Below, piece after piece: positions 28,678-38,628 of a stretch of 64,000 bases of DNA. Made by a program: the position numbers and the translations under genes. The stretch comes from Paramuribaculum sp. (GTDB lineage Bacteria; Bacteroidota; Bacteroidia; Bacteroidales; Muribaculaceae). The notes under the pieces are model-generated. The model saw only the letters and a list, made by a program, of their open reading frames with translations, was not told the DNA's origin and did no database searches. The stretch covers positions 59-64,058 of the forward strand of contig JAIDJW010000033.1 in the NCBI GenBank assembly GCA_029052015.1, in the 5' to 3' direction. Within the stretch, counting starts at the first letter, position 1, and each line of letters starts with the position of its first letter.

Positions 28678-29786
28678 ATCCTGCTGTCCTCACTGAATTT
28701 CCCGTTATCCACGCTCCACATGCGGTATTCTCCTGCAGTGCGAGCCATAATCTCGTCAAGATGCGTCCGGTTGGTGTCTGTAATGAATATCTGTCCGAAA
28801 TCATCGCCGGTAACCATGTTCATGATGCGCTCCACACGGCTTGAATCAAGCTTGTCAAATATATCGTCAAGCAGAAGCAGCGGACGCATACCGGAGGCGC
28901 GGTGAAGAAATTCGTATTGGGCAAACCGCAGGGCCGTGGTGAATGTCTTGCACTGCCCCTGCGAGGCTGTGCGTTTCATAGGCATACCGTTGAGAGTCAT
29001 CTCTATATCATCGCGGTGAGGACCCACCGAAGTGTGTCGCAGCGCAGCGTCGCGCAGCCGGTTCGCTTCTAAGAGCGAAGTCAGAGTGCCGTCATCGCTT
29101 GTGTCGAGGAAGCTGCGATATGTCAGATGCACATCCTCGCCGCTCCCTCCGGCTATCGCCGCATAGTATCTTTCAAACAGTGTCTGGAGTTCATCGACCC
29201 ATTTTATGCGCGCTTCATGCAGATAAGAGGCAGTGAAGTCCATCTGCATCTCTATCGCCTCGTAGAGCGCCCGGTCTGTCACGCCGTCGCGCAGCAGGCG
29301 GTTGCGCTGTTCAAGAGCTGTGGAGTAGCGGATAAGAGCATCGAGATAGCGTCTGTCGCCCTGCGAAATCACCATATCCATCCAACGTCTCCGCTCTTCC
29401 GACACCCCTTTTATCAGGTCAATGTCTGCCGGAGTCACCAGCACAAGGGGAAAAAGACCTATATGCTCGCTGAGGCGGCTATACTCCTTCCCTCCCCTTT
29501 TCAGACTCTTGCGCTTGCCGCGTGTCAGACCGAGAGTGAGCTCTTCGGGAGTATCTTTTCTTACATAGCAACCGCGGGCAATTGCGAAATCCTCGCCGCT
29601 TTTCAGCAGCATCTGGTCCGTAACGCCCGTAAAACTCTTGCAGAAACTCAAAAAATACACCGCATCGAGCATATTGCTCTTGCCCATGCCGTTATTGCCG
29701 AGCAGACAGTTTATTTTGGGGGAGAACTCAAGGTCTGCCTCCCCTATATTCTTGAAATTAGTAAGTGTGAGCCTATCAAGACGCAT
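28674..29786 (-). CDS. recF: DNA replication and repair protein RecF
   Basis: GNNGMGKSN, GPHRDD, SQGQ, LLLDDIFDKLD. Confidence 0.97.
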   Translation of the reverse strand: MRLDRLTLTNFKNIGEADLEFSPKINCLLGNNGMGKSNMLDAVYFLSFCKSFTGVTDQMLLKSGEDFAIARGCYVRKDTPEELTLGLTRGKRKSLKRGGKEYSRLSEHIGLFPLVLVTPADIDLIKGVSEERRRWMDMVISQGDRRYLDALIRYSTALEQRNRLLRDGVTDRALYEAIEMQMDFTASYLHEARIKWVDELQTLFERYYAAIAGGSGEDVHLTYRSFLDTSDDGTLTSLLEANRLRDAALRHTSVGPHRDDIEMTLNGMPMKRTASQGQCKTFTTALRFAQYEFLHRASGMRPLLLLDDIFDKLDSSRVERIMNMVTGDDFGQIFITDTNRTHLDEIMARTAGEYRMWSVDNGKFSEDSRI

Positions 29787-29797
29787 AGCTCTCTCCT

Positions 29798-30847
29798 CTA
29801 CTTTCTTTTAAGAAATATCTGAGTGGGGAAATGGTCGCTGTAGCCTTTGAGGAAGCGGCCGCCGGCAAATGTGCGGTGAGGATAGCCGGTGTACGGAGCC
29901 TGTTTCTGCTTCAGAAAATCGAGGTCGCAGATTTCCGCCCCTACAAAAGTAAGGGTCGAACCGTTGTCAGGCAGCAGGCTGCCGCTCACTATTATCTGGT
30001 CAAAGAGATTCCACTTGCCGCGATATGTCAGGGTGCCCCTGCCGCTGTCAAGAATGCTCCACCAGGGATTAAAAAATCCTGTGGGAGGCACATCGTATGC
30101 GTCACGCCTTGCGCCAAGAACGCTTGCACACGATTCATCCTGCGGGTCATCGTTAAGGTCACCCATTATTATTATCGGTCGAAGAGGCGACACGCTGCGG
30201 ATACTGTCGGCAATAGTCTTTGACAACTCGGCGGCAGCAACACGCATCGGTTCAGACAACTCCTGTCCTCCGAGGCGCGAAGGCCAGTGATTGACAATCA
30301 CGCTTATAGTATCAACGCCCAAAACTCCCGACACACAAAGCTGATCGCGAGTCCTGAAATCAGGATTGTCGTCGATGCACAGACGGTGGGCTTCGGCACC
30401 TGTCACGGTGAACTTGCACGGGTCATACAGCAGCGCCACATCTATGCCGCGCGGATCCGGGCTGTCGCGATGCACATATTTCAGTCCGCGGCGCGCGAGC
30501 GGAGCCGCCGAAACAAGGTCCTTGACAACCGACTCATTCTCAACCTCGGCGATGCCTATCACAGCCGGTCCGTCGGGAGTGCTGTCAGTCACAAGTCCTG
30601 CAATCGCATTAGACAGATTGTTGATTTTGAGAGTGTACTTGCGGCTATCCCACTTCCTTGCGCCCTGAGGCGAGAACTCCAGGTCATATCGCCCGTTGGA
30701 ATTGATAGTGTCAAACAGATTCTCAAGATTATAGAAAGCCACGCCGAACACCTTAGACGAATCGCCCTTGCAGCACAACTTTCCGTCAGCCTTAGCGCCG
30801 CACGCCGCAGCCGCCAATATCATAGCCAAAAATATGATTCTCTTCAT
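29798..30847 (-). CDS. Exported endonuclease/exonuclease/phosphatase family protein
   Basis: FYNLENLFD, EVEN, NHWPSR, MGDLND, FDQI, YSDHFP, plus a signal peptide. Confidence 0.9.
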   Translation of the reverse strand: MKRIIFLAMILAAAACGAKADGKLCCKGDSSKVFGVAFYNLENLFDTINSNGRYDLEFSPQGARKWDSRKYTLKINNLSNAIAGLVTDSTPDGPAVIGIAEVENESVVKDLVSAAPLARRGLKYVHRDSPDPRGIDVALLYDPCKFTVTGAEAHRLCIDDNPDFRTRDQLCVSGVLGVDTISVIVNHWPSRLGGQELSEPMRVAAAELSKTIADSIRSVSPLRPIIIMGDLNDDPQDESCASVLGARRDAYDVPPTGFFNPWWSILDSGRGTLTYRGKWNLFDQIIVSGSLLPDNGSTLTFVGAEICDLDFLKQKQAPYTGYPHRTFAGGRFLKGYSDHFPTQIFLKRK

Positions 30848-31102
30848 TTGCACAAGACTTTACTCAATTTTAAGCGTAAAATTAACCAATCTCCGCCAAT
30901 CCCCCAAAAAAAGCTGCACCTCCCCTACTAATACTCTGATGAAGATAGATAATGCAATCATTCTCCCGAAATAGAAGTAGCCGAATTTTCAGTACCGCCT
31001 GTTGCTCACTCAGAATTAATAACTAAATTTGCGCTATTGGCAAATTAGAAGGCAATGTACAATATAACTTCCGATAATGGGACTTATCGAAACAGAAACC
31101 TG

Positions 31103-31230
31103 TTAGTTGTTCTTGGTTGACGATGACTTTGACCATGGTGTCTTTTTCTTCGGTGCGGCTTTCGGCAATCATAAGGGTGAGGGCAACGAGGGTGTTGTCG
31201 GCGATGTGCTTGGTACCGTCCTTCTTATAA
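31103..31230 (-). pseudogene. C-terminal remnant of a RhuM/Fic-DOC family gene
   Basis: YKKDGTKHIADNTLVALTLMIAESRTEEKDTMVKVIVN matches the C-terminus of this family as I recall it. The N-terminal part is missing, and the terminal KNN* is shifted out of frame. Confidence 0.7.
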
Positions 31231-31386
31231 ACCGAATGCATAACGCTGTTTATTTTCAGTATATTACATCCTTAGAGGGTAGATGTAGCTATAGCAAAGC
31301 CAAACGATGCAATAGCAAAAATAATTGTCGAATGTCAATTAAGTTAAGTATATTTGCACTCGTATGCAAAAATGAGATATTTAACA

Positions 31387-32712
31387 ATGTCTACCGATTA
31401 TTCCTATCTGTCACTTAAAATATGCGTGGCTGACGGCAATTCTGAAATGACCGTGCGCTCCATTGCCGGTCAATATAGTTTCAATAATCAGCCTCGCAAT
31501 CCTGAAAATCTGTTTGTTAACGCCAACGAGATTTACACCTTTACCTCTTCGGAGGGCTTCAATGTCGTAACTCTCTGGAAGTATTCGGAGGAAGAGCCTA
31601 CTGTAAGTGCCGCGCTCGCTATTCGCTGCGGATTCAAGGCTAAGCCGCAACAAGTTATCCGTCTGCTTCGCGAGTGTATCACATTGCCGGGACTTGACGC
31701 CGAGGAGCTTTACAGTGTCTTTGGATTTCCACCACAGGCTCAGACAGTGCCGACACCAGCGCCGCGCAAAGCGACTGTGCCGGTTGCATTGCGTACATTC
31801 ACTTCTACATCTGCTCTTGCCGACATTGTGTCATCGCGATTGAGCGGTCACGACTGCAATGTAAAGGAACTTATCGCTGTTGACGCTACTACCGTTCCGG
31901 CTGTCGATGAGAAAGAATTGCCGCGTCTGCGCAACAATCCAGTGCCGGACTTCGAAATCGAGACACCTGTTGCGCCAATTGTCACTCCACCTACAGACAG
32001 CGCTCCCGCAGCAAATGTGTGGGAAGATGAGGAAGAGGAGTATGTGGCACGTCCAAAGCGAAAAAAGCGCCACAACGGACCGATATTTATAGTACTCGCA
32101 CTGGTGGCTCTCGCTGCGGGATGGGCTATTGTACACTATCTGCCGGCACTCCTGCCCGAATCCACACATTACGACAATATCGAGAGTACAGATGTTACCG
32201 AGCTAGCGCTTATGGAACAGGGGACCACACAGCAACAGCCTATTGCACCTACAGATTCTACAGATACCGTCAGCATAGTTAACCCCGACACTGTTTCTGC
32301 AGCTACCGCACCGGCACCTGAACAGGGGTTGGATAAACCGGACGTAGTGACTGACAACAATGCATCAGCAGAGAAAGCCGACATCGAATATCTCAATTCC
32401 AACAGGGTATGGAAACGGTCCGAACTCAAAAGCGACAAATACCGCAAGTTCTTTGATTCATTCTCAACCGGTACAATCACCGACATAGTAGATTCTGAAT
32501 ACTTCGCCACCGAAGGTATTGCCAAGAATAGAAACGCGATAAAAGTAGCTGATTTACTTTGGAAAGCAAAGGGAACCGACACACAGAGGTCTAACATGAG
32601 GGTGCTTTCCAAACTCAAAGGAAAGGATGAAATCGATATGCATAAACTATCGCAAACAGTTGCCAAATATCAGTCACCCAAACCAAACAAATCACCAAGA
32701 CCCAAACGCTGA
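31387..32712 (+). CDS. Hypothetical single-pass membrane protein
   Basis: N-domain, Pro-rich linker, EDEEEE-RPKRKKR, a TM segment (IFIVLALVALAAGWAIV), Thr/Pro/Asp linker and C-domain. -7 box TATATTTG at 31349-31356. Confidence 0.8.
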   Translation: MSTDYSYLSLKICVADGNSEMTVRSIAGQYSFNNQPRNPENLFVNANEIYTFTSSEGFNVVTLWKYSEEEPTVSAALAIRCGFKAKPQQVIRLLRECITLPGLDAEELYSVFGFPPQAQTVPTPAPRKATVPVALRTFTSTSALADIVSSRLSGHDCNVKELIAVDATTVPAVDEKELPRLRNNPVPDFEIETPVAPIVTPPTDSAPAANVWEDEEEEYVARPKRKKRHNGPIFIVLALVALAAGWAIVHYLPALLPESTHYDNIESTDVTELALMEQGTTQQQPIAPTDSTDTVSIVNPDTVSAATAPAPEQGLDKPDVVTDNNASAEKADIEYLNSNRVWKRSELKSDKYRKFFDSFSTGTITDIVDSEYFATEGIAKNRNAIKVADLLWKAKGTDTQRSNMRVLSKLKGKDEIDMHKLSQTVAKYQSPKPNKSPRPKR

Positions 32713-32720
32713 AGATAATC

Positions 32721-33110
32721 ATGAGCGAAAAACTCACATCATATCCGGTAAAACGCTTTGACGGACCGACAAAGCGCTATGTACGCACCCTGAAGTTGCG
32801 CGATAATGCCGACCTTATTGCCGAATACCGCAAACGTCACGCCCAAGGCAACATCTGGCCCGAAATTATTGAAGGACTCAAGGATGTGGGAGTGCTTGAA
32901 ATGGAAATATATATCAACGGCACCACGCTTACCATGATTGTCGAGACCCCAGCCGATTTTGACTGGGACGCTTCCATGAGCCGTCTCGCCACTCTTCCGC
33001 GACAGCAGGAATGGGAAGATTTCATGTCAGTGTTCCAGCAGGCCGAGCCGGGTGCCACATCCGCTGAAAAGTGGATGCCTATGGAGCGAATGTTTTATTT
33101 CTACGACTGA
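32721..33110 (+). CDS. L-rhamnose mutarotase family protein
   Basis: EYRKRHA..IWPEI, QQEWE, EKWMPMERMF. Confidence 0.85.
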   Translation: MSEKLTSYPVKRFDGPTKRYVRTLKLRDNADLIAEYRKRHAQGNIWPEIIEGLKDVGVLEMEIYINGTTLTMIVETPADFDWDASMSRLATLPRQQEWEDFMSVFQQAEPGATSAEKWMPMERMFYFYD

Positions 33111-33111
33111 T

Positions 33112-33564
33112 ATGCGAGTAGTTATTCAGAGAGTAACAGGAGCGTGTCTGAGAATAGACGGCGCTGTCCATTCCTCGATTAAAGCAGGAATGATGGTGCT
33201 CGTGGGGGTAGAGACCGGCGACACTGAGGCTGATGCACAATGGCTTGCCGCAAAAACTGCAGCCCTGCGTATTTTTTCGGACGAAGCGGGAGTGATGAAC
33301 CGCGACATAAATGCCGCCGGCGGTGAAATAATGGCAGTGAGTCAGTTTACTCTCACTGCATCGACCCGCAAGGGCAATCGTCCAAGCTACATTCGCGCAG
33401 CGGCTGGGCCTGTTGCCGAGCCAATATATGAATTATATTGCGCCGAACTTGAAAAGCTCACGGCAAAGCCGATTGCGCGCGGAGTGTTTGGAGCCGATAT
33501 GCAGATAGAGCTCGTGAATGACGGCCCTGTTACAATAATAATTGACTCAAGACTCAAAGAATGA
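33112..33564 (+). CDS. dtd: D-aminoacyl-tRNA deacylase
   Basis: MRVVIQRV, VSQFTL, KGNRPSY, FGADM, NDGPVT. Confidence 0.96.
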   Translation: MRVVIQRVTGACLRIDGAVHSSIKAGMMVLVGVETGDTEADAQWLAAKTAALRIFSDEAGVMNRDINAAGGEIMAVSQFTLTASTRKGNRPSYIRAAAGPVAEPIYELYCAELEKLTAKPIARGVFGADMQIELVNDGPVTIIIDSRLKE

Positions 33565-33920
33565 CTGACTCCCCTACTATCCAGCAGCTTCAGTCCATTG
33601 TAGACGAATGGATTACCACAGTGGGAGTAAGATACTTCTCGCCACTGACAAATATGGCTGTTCTCACCGAAGAAACCGGCGAGGTGGCCAGAGTAATGGC
33701 ACGCCTTTATGGAGATCAGTCGGCAAAACCCGGCGACAACCTTAATCTTGCCGACGAGCTGGCCGATGTGCTGTGGACAGTGGCGGCAATAGCTAACCAG
33801 ACTGGCGTCAATCTCACCGAAGCGTTAGCGAACAATCTGGCTAAGAAAAATGTCAGAGACATAGAGCGCCACAAAAACAATCCCAAACTAAGCGAGCGTT
33901 TGAATTTAACACGAAATTAA
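33561..33920 (+). CDS. MazG-like nucleotide pyrophosphohydrolase (YpjD type)
   Basis: YFSPLTNMAVLTEETGEVAR and ELADVL. Confidence 0.92.
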   Translation: MTDSPTIQQLQSIVDEWITTVGVRYFSPLTNMAVLTEETGEVARVMARLYGDQSAKPGDNLNLADELADVLWTVAAIANQTGVNLTEALANNLAKKNVRDIERHKNNPKLSERLNLTRN

Positions 33921-34116
33921 TTCTTCATATAGTATGAGTACATTCTTTCAGTCCTCACGAAGGTTCTTTCCGGTAAATTTCGCCGGATTTCATCGCTCAC
34001 GATGCCCGCATCGCTCCCTCTTCAACCTGCAAAATTTCCTCGAAAACTCCTCTTCGTGTAAACTGAAGTTAAACCCAAACACTCTCTAAACGAAAAACAA
34101 TAAAATACTATACGAT

Positions 34117-35001
34117 ATGTCAGACAAATATCACGACACTGTTGCAAAAAGCAATGTTACCACCGATGATGCCGCCGTTGCAGCTGCGGTAAAAAAAATC
34201 CTTGCGGATAATCTCGAAGCCGCACGCACCCCCGAAAACCTGAAATTCCTGTTCAACTGCATAGATCTCACCACTCTCAAATCCACCGACTCCCCTTCAA
34301 GCGTGGCAAAATTTACCGAACGGGTAAATGATTTTGAAAATGAGCATGGCGATCTGCCTAATGTAGCTGCTATCTGCGTCTATCCCAATTTCACACAGGT
34401 AGTAAGGACTGTGCTTGAGGTAAGCGAGGTGGAAATTGCCGCAGTGTCAGGAGGTTTCCCATCATCCCAGACTTTTCCTGAAGTAAAGATAGCCGAAACT
34501 GCTCTTGCTGTAGAGGGAGGAGCTGACGAAATAGATGTAGTGCTCAACCTCGGCAATTTCTTTGATGATGACTGGGAAGAGGTGTGCGATGAACTTGAGG
34601 AAATCAAACATTCATGCCGCGAAGCACGCCTGAAAGTCATTTTGGAAACAGGAGCCCTTAAAACGGCTAAGAATATCCGCGATGCTGCAATACTCGCAAT
34701 GTATTCCGGCGCTGATTTCATAAAGACATCCACAGGCAAGGAATATCCGGGTGCAAGCCTCGAAGCCGCATATATCATGGCCCAGTGTATCAAGGAATAC
34801 CATGCCGCTACAGGAACAAAAGTAGGATTCAAGGCTGCCGGAGGCATCACCACACCCGACGAAGCACTCGCATATTATTGTATAGTCAAGAGTGTGCTCG
34901 GCGAAGAATGGCTTACAAACGAATATTTCCGTATAGGCGCCAGCCGTCTTGCCAACAATCTGCTAAGTGAAATACTCGGCACCGAAACAAAATTTTTCTG
35001 A
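34117..35001 (+). CDS. deoC: Deoxyribose-phosphate aldolase
   Basis: IDLTTL, GADEIDVV, LKVILETG, FIKTSTGK, GFKAAGG, RIGAS. Confidence 0.96.
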   Translation: MSDKYHDTVAKSNVTTDDAAVAAAVKKILADNLEAARTPENLKFLFNCIDLTTLKSTDSPSSVAKFTERVNDFENEHGDLPNVAAICVYPNFTQVVRTVLEVSEVEIAAVSGGFPSSQTFPEVKIAETALAVEGGADEIDVVLNLGNFFDDDWEEVCDELEEIKHSCREARLKVILETGALKTAKNIRDAAILAMYSGADFIKTSTGKEYPGASLEAAYIMAQCIKEYHAATGTKVGFKAAGGITTPDEALAYYCIVKSVLGEEWLTNEYFRIGASRLANNLLSEILGTETKFF

Positions 35002-35528
35002 TGGAGAACAACGAAAACACTAAATACTGGGCTATAATCAATGGAGTGCGGCTAGGCCCCATGAGTCTTGACGAACTTGTGCGCCTTGCTCCTGAAAATG
35101 CAACTCCGGTGTGGCGTCAAGGACTCCCCGACTGGTGTGCCGCATCATCGCTGCCAGAGCTTGCCGGATGTATAACCACCGCTGTGCCTCCGATACCGTC
35201 GGTGCCACAGCCGCCTGTCACGCCACCGGATTATCAGCCACACATACCCCAAGTATCAGCCGCCCCGATGCCTGTCATACCAAATCCGGACAATATGCAG
35301 CCAATGCCGCCGACATATCTGGCATGGAGCATAATTACCATGCTTCTCTGCTGTCTGGTTCCCGGAATTGTGGCCCTGGTTTACTCCACAAAAGTAAGTT
35401 CACGCTTTAATATCGGTGACATAGAGGGAGCGCGCAAAGCATCTGAAAATGCTGCAATCTGGATTATAGTCACGGTAGTGTGCGGTCTGATTGCCATACC
35501 CTTTCAGTTTGTACTCGCTCTTATATGA
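35001..35528 (+). CDS. GYF_2 (DUF4339) domain plus CD225/dispanin family membrane protein
   Basis: GPMSLDEL...VWRQGLPDW, a Pro-rich linker, then PPTYLAWSIITMLLCCLVPGIVALVYS...GARKAS. Confidence 0.88.
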   Translation: MENNENTKYWAIINGVRLGPMSLDELVRLAPENATPVWRQGLPDWCAASSLPELAGCITTAVPPIPSVPQPPVTPPDYQPHIPQVSAAPMPVIPNPDNMQPMPPTYLAWSIITMLLCCLVPGIVALVYSTKVSSRFNIGDIEGARKASENAAIWIIVTVVCGLIAIPFQFVLALI

Positions 35529-35905
35529 GCCTGACGGTCAAATATGCTCTCTATGCGGCAATTGCAGCGGTGTTACTTACCGCTGTAGTGCTGTATGCCA
35601 CATTTGATCCTGCAACAAATCCATTTCCGCGCTGTATCTTCCTGCAACTTACGGGGTGGAAATGTCCCGGTTGCGGCTCGCAGCGCGCGCTCCATGCACT
35701 GCTGCATCTGGATATAGCGAAAGCATGGCGCTACAATGCCATGCTTGTTGCTGCCATACCTATAGTGAGTGTTATGTTTATGAGTCAAGCTGCTAAAGGT
35801 AAAATGCCACGCCTTTATAATTCACTCAACGGCAGAGTTGCTATCTGGACCTCTTTTGCATTGCTTACAGGATGGTGGATACTTAGAAATATATTTGACT
35901 GGTGA
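35525..35905 (+). CDS. DUF2752 domain membrane protein
   Basis: FPRCIFLQLTGWKCPGCGSQRALHALL and WILRN. Confidence 0.9.
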   Translation: MSLTVKYALYAAIAAVLLTAVVLYATFDPATNPFPRCIFLQLTGWKCPGCGSQRALHALLHLDIAKAWRYNAMLVAAIPIVSVMFMSQAAKGKMPRLYNSLNGRVAIWTSFALLTGWWILRNIFDW

Positions 35906-36462
35906 CTGTTGTAAACATACGCAATATGGTGTGCCGTCACTGTGTGGCGGCAGTAACCTCCATTCTCGAGCGGCTTAATATACCATTCGAGTCCGTTGAA
36001 ATCGGAAGCGCAATGATAGACGAAACAGCTCTTGATGCAGAGACTATAGAAAAATTAGACAAAGAGCTCGCAAAAGAGGGATTTGAACGTGTTGTCGACA
36101 ACGACAGCATGATTGTCGAGAAAATCAAGCATGCCGTGCTTCATCACGTGCGGAACGAAGAGGAATGTCATCTCAATCTGTCGGCTTGTGTCGAGGAGAG
36201 AGTGGGAATTCCATACGATACTCTAAGCCGCATTTTTTCGCAAAAAGAGGGCAGAACCATAGAAAAATATCATATTGCTCAAAAAATAGAGAGAGTGAAA
36301 GAACTTCTTGGCTACGGACAGATGAATCTCGCCGAGATAGCCGACAGGACAGGATATTCAAGCGCATCGCATCTCTCGCGCCAGTTCAAGCAGGTCACAG
36401 GCATGACACCATCTGAATATATCAGACTCACTCCAAACCGCAAGCCACTCAATGAGGTGTGA
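35902..36462 (+). CDS. AraC family regulator with N-terminal heavy-metal-binding domain
   Basis: IRNMVCRHC plus a C-terminal AraC HTH (GYSSASHLSRQFKQVTGMTPSEY). Confidence 0.92.
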   Translation: MTVVNIRNMVCRHCVAAVTSILERLNIPFESVEIGSAMIDETALDAETIEKLDKELAKEGFERVVDNDSMIVEKIKHAVLHHVRNEEECHLNLSACVEERVGIPYDTLSRIFSQKEGRTIEKYHIAQKIERVKELLGYGQMNLAEIADRTGYSSASHLSRQFKQVTGMTPSEYIRLTPNRKPLNEV

Positions 36463-36546
36463 CGGAATTATGCAATTTTTAGCCGAAAAGGTGTAACGCG
36501 AAAGCTATATATCCATCGTAATTTTGCATCATAAAAATGCACTATT

Positions 36547-37785
36547 ATGAATTTCACCCATTTCATCAACTCTTTATGGGCGATTATCTGCGAAATGTCG
36601 CCCTATATATTGCTTGGCTTTATAATAGCCGGTGCTCTCCATGTATTTGTTGCCCGGCGTACCATGAGCCGTCACCTGAGCGGCAAAGGTATCCGTCCGG
36701 TGATTAAGGCCGCACTATTTGGAATTCCCCTCCCCTTGTGTTCCTGCGGTGTTTTGCCTACTGCAATATCTCTCCGACGTCAGGGAGCGAGCAAAGGAGC
36801 CGCAACATCTTTTCTTATAGCCACTCCGCAGACCGGAGTAGACTCTATTGCTGCAACCTGGTCTCTTCTTGGACTGCCTTTTGCAATCATACGCCCGATT
36901 GCGGCACTTGTCGGAGCTATTGCCGGAGGAGCTGCGGTCAGTAAATGGGGCGGTGAAAATACCGAAGATATATTAAACTGCAACATTAATACAGAAGCAG
37001 AAGAGAAGAAATCGTTTGGAAGACGCATTCTGGATGCACTTCGGTATGGTCTTATAGATATGGTAGCAAGCGTCGGTCCCTGGCTGGTTACAGGACTTCT
37101 TATAGCAGCACTCATAACAGTTTTTGTTCCGGACACACTGTTTACCGGACTCAGTCAGTATCCTCTGCTGGCAATGCTTGCCGTGGTAGCTGTAGCAGTG
37201 CCGATGTATGTATGCGCAACCGGTTCCATACCCATTGCTCTGTCACTTATGATGAAAGGTCTTTCGCCAGGCATAGCATTTGTGCTCCTTATGGCGGGAC
37301 CGGCTGCAAACTTCGCCTCATTGATGATTCTCGGACGCACCCAAGGCTGGCGCGCTACTGCAATATATGTTGTATCGGTAGTTGTCACAGCCATACTATT
37401 CGGTCTGATGATTGACAATTTCATGCCTTCATCGTGGTTTATACCCAATTCAACAGCCGTAGTCTCCGACGCTTGTCATGCTACCATAGGCTGGTTTCCG
37501 ACATTATGCAGCATATTGCTTGCCTGTCTGTTACTTTACACATTTATAACCGGAAAAAAACATCACAACCATATTCATTCAACTGAAATGACAAGAGAAT
37601 ATAAAATCAAAGGAATGGCTTGCGCACACTGCAAGGCCAATGTAGAAAAGAGCCTCTCACACGTAGAAGGTGTTGAGGAAGTCACAGTAGACCTTGCAAA
37701 AGGCACCGCTACTGTCAGCGGCAATGCGAGCGATTCGTCAATTATAGACGCAATCAAGGTTGCCGGTTACGAATATGTACCTTGA
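36547..37785 (+). CDS. DUF318/ArsP-type metal permease with C-terminal HMA domain
   Basis: PLPLCSCGVLP, ATPQTGVDS, PMYVCATGSIP, a His-rich linker and GMACAHC. Confidence 0.9.
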   Translation: MNFTHFINSLWAIICEMSPYILLGFIIAGALHVFVARRTMSRHLSGKGIRPVIKAALFGIPLPLCSCGVLPTAISLRRQGASKGAATSFLIATPQTGVDSIAATWSLLGLPFAIIRPIAALVGAIAGGAAVSKWGGENTEDILNCNINTEAEEKKSFGRRILDALRYGLIDMVASVGPWLVTGLLIAALITVFVPDTLFTGLSQYPLLAMLAVVAVAVPMYVCATGSIPIALSLMMKGLSPGIAFVLLMAGPAANFASLMILGRTQGWRATAIYVVSVVVTAILFGLMIDNFMPSSWFIPNSTAVVSDACHATIGWFPTLCSILLACLLLYTFITGKKHHNHIHSTEMTREYKIKGMACAHCKANVEKSLSHVEGVEEVTVDLAKGTATVSGNASDSSIIDAIKVAGYEYVP

Positions 37786-37794
37786 AGCAAACTA

Positions 37795-38628
37795 TTAATA
37801 TTCACTGAAAAGAGTCGGTTTTATCACAATTCCGACTCTTAATTGTGAATGATACTCCTTATAAGCAAGAAGCCCCTCGCCATAACCATTGTAAAACTGC
37901 ATGAACAGATACTGGTTATCGCGTTGAAATATTCTGTAATTCAGCTCTACGACAGTATTATAGTTAAGCTCCCAACCCCTGCGCTTGGTAAGAATCACAG
38001 AAGCTCCGAATCGTTTGTTCGGGCTTGAAAATGATATTCCCGCCTGATATATACCGCAATAGTCAAGTATATCCTGATTGAACACACCATCGACAATAGG
38101 AATCCAGGCTTTGCCGTGGACTATGAAATTGGGGTCAATCATTATGCTTCCGCCGAATGAAATTTTGTTCCATGATCGCGAAGCTGTGCCGTCACGTCCA
38201 TTACTCTCATGCTCGAGAAGAAGCAACAATTTGCCTATAAACCTGTTTTTCACAAACAAAGGCTTTGCCAGCCCTATGCCCGGATTGAAGTTTAGGTCAG
38301 TCATAGGCATTGACCTTTCAAGAACATTCCAGAAGCACTTTTGGGTATAGAACAGGAAGAGATATGAATTCCACGGGAGAACAGACTTAGTCAACCTCTG
38401 CGCTATCGAAACCTGAAATTTTATGTTGGTGTTCTGCTTTGTCGGCCGCTGACCCACTGAGGTTCCGAAAATAAAGTAATTATCCTTGTACAGTCCAAAA
38501 TACGGGCCATTGTCCATAGCCCGCCTGATGCTGTCGCTATTGACCTTGCCTTCTGAAACAGTCACTATCTGTGCATCTGCATCAATAACAGCCACAACTG
38601 CAGCTATTACTGAAAGCAGTACCTTCAT
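37795..38628 (-). CDS. pldA: Outer-membrane phospholipase A1
   Basis: KFQVS, YTQKCFW, HESNGRDG..SRSWN catalytic motif and GYGEGL. Start is uncertain (38628-38679). Confidence 0.9.
   Translation of the reverse strand: MKVLLSVIAAVVAVIDADAQIVTVSEGKVNSDSIRRAMDNGPYFGLYKDNYFIFGTSVGQRPTKQNTNIKFQVSIAQRLTKSVLPWNSYLFLFYTQKCFWNVLERSMPMTDLNFNPGIGLAKPLFVKNRFIGKLLLLLEHESNGRDGTASRSWNKISFGGSIMIDPNFIVHGKAWIPIVDGVFNQDILDYCGIYQAGISFSSPNKRFGASVILTKRRGWELNYNTVVELNYRIFQRDNQYLFMQFYNGYGEGLLAYKEYHSQLRVGIVIKPTLFSEY

Noticed and set aside
33934-34089. 51-codon ORF between the MazG-like gene and deoC
   Set aside because: No motif or other support, so it is treated as intergenic sequence.
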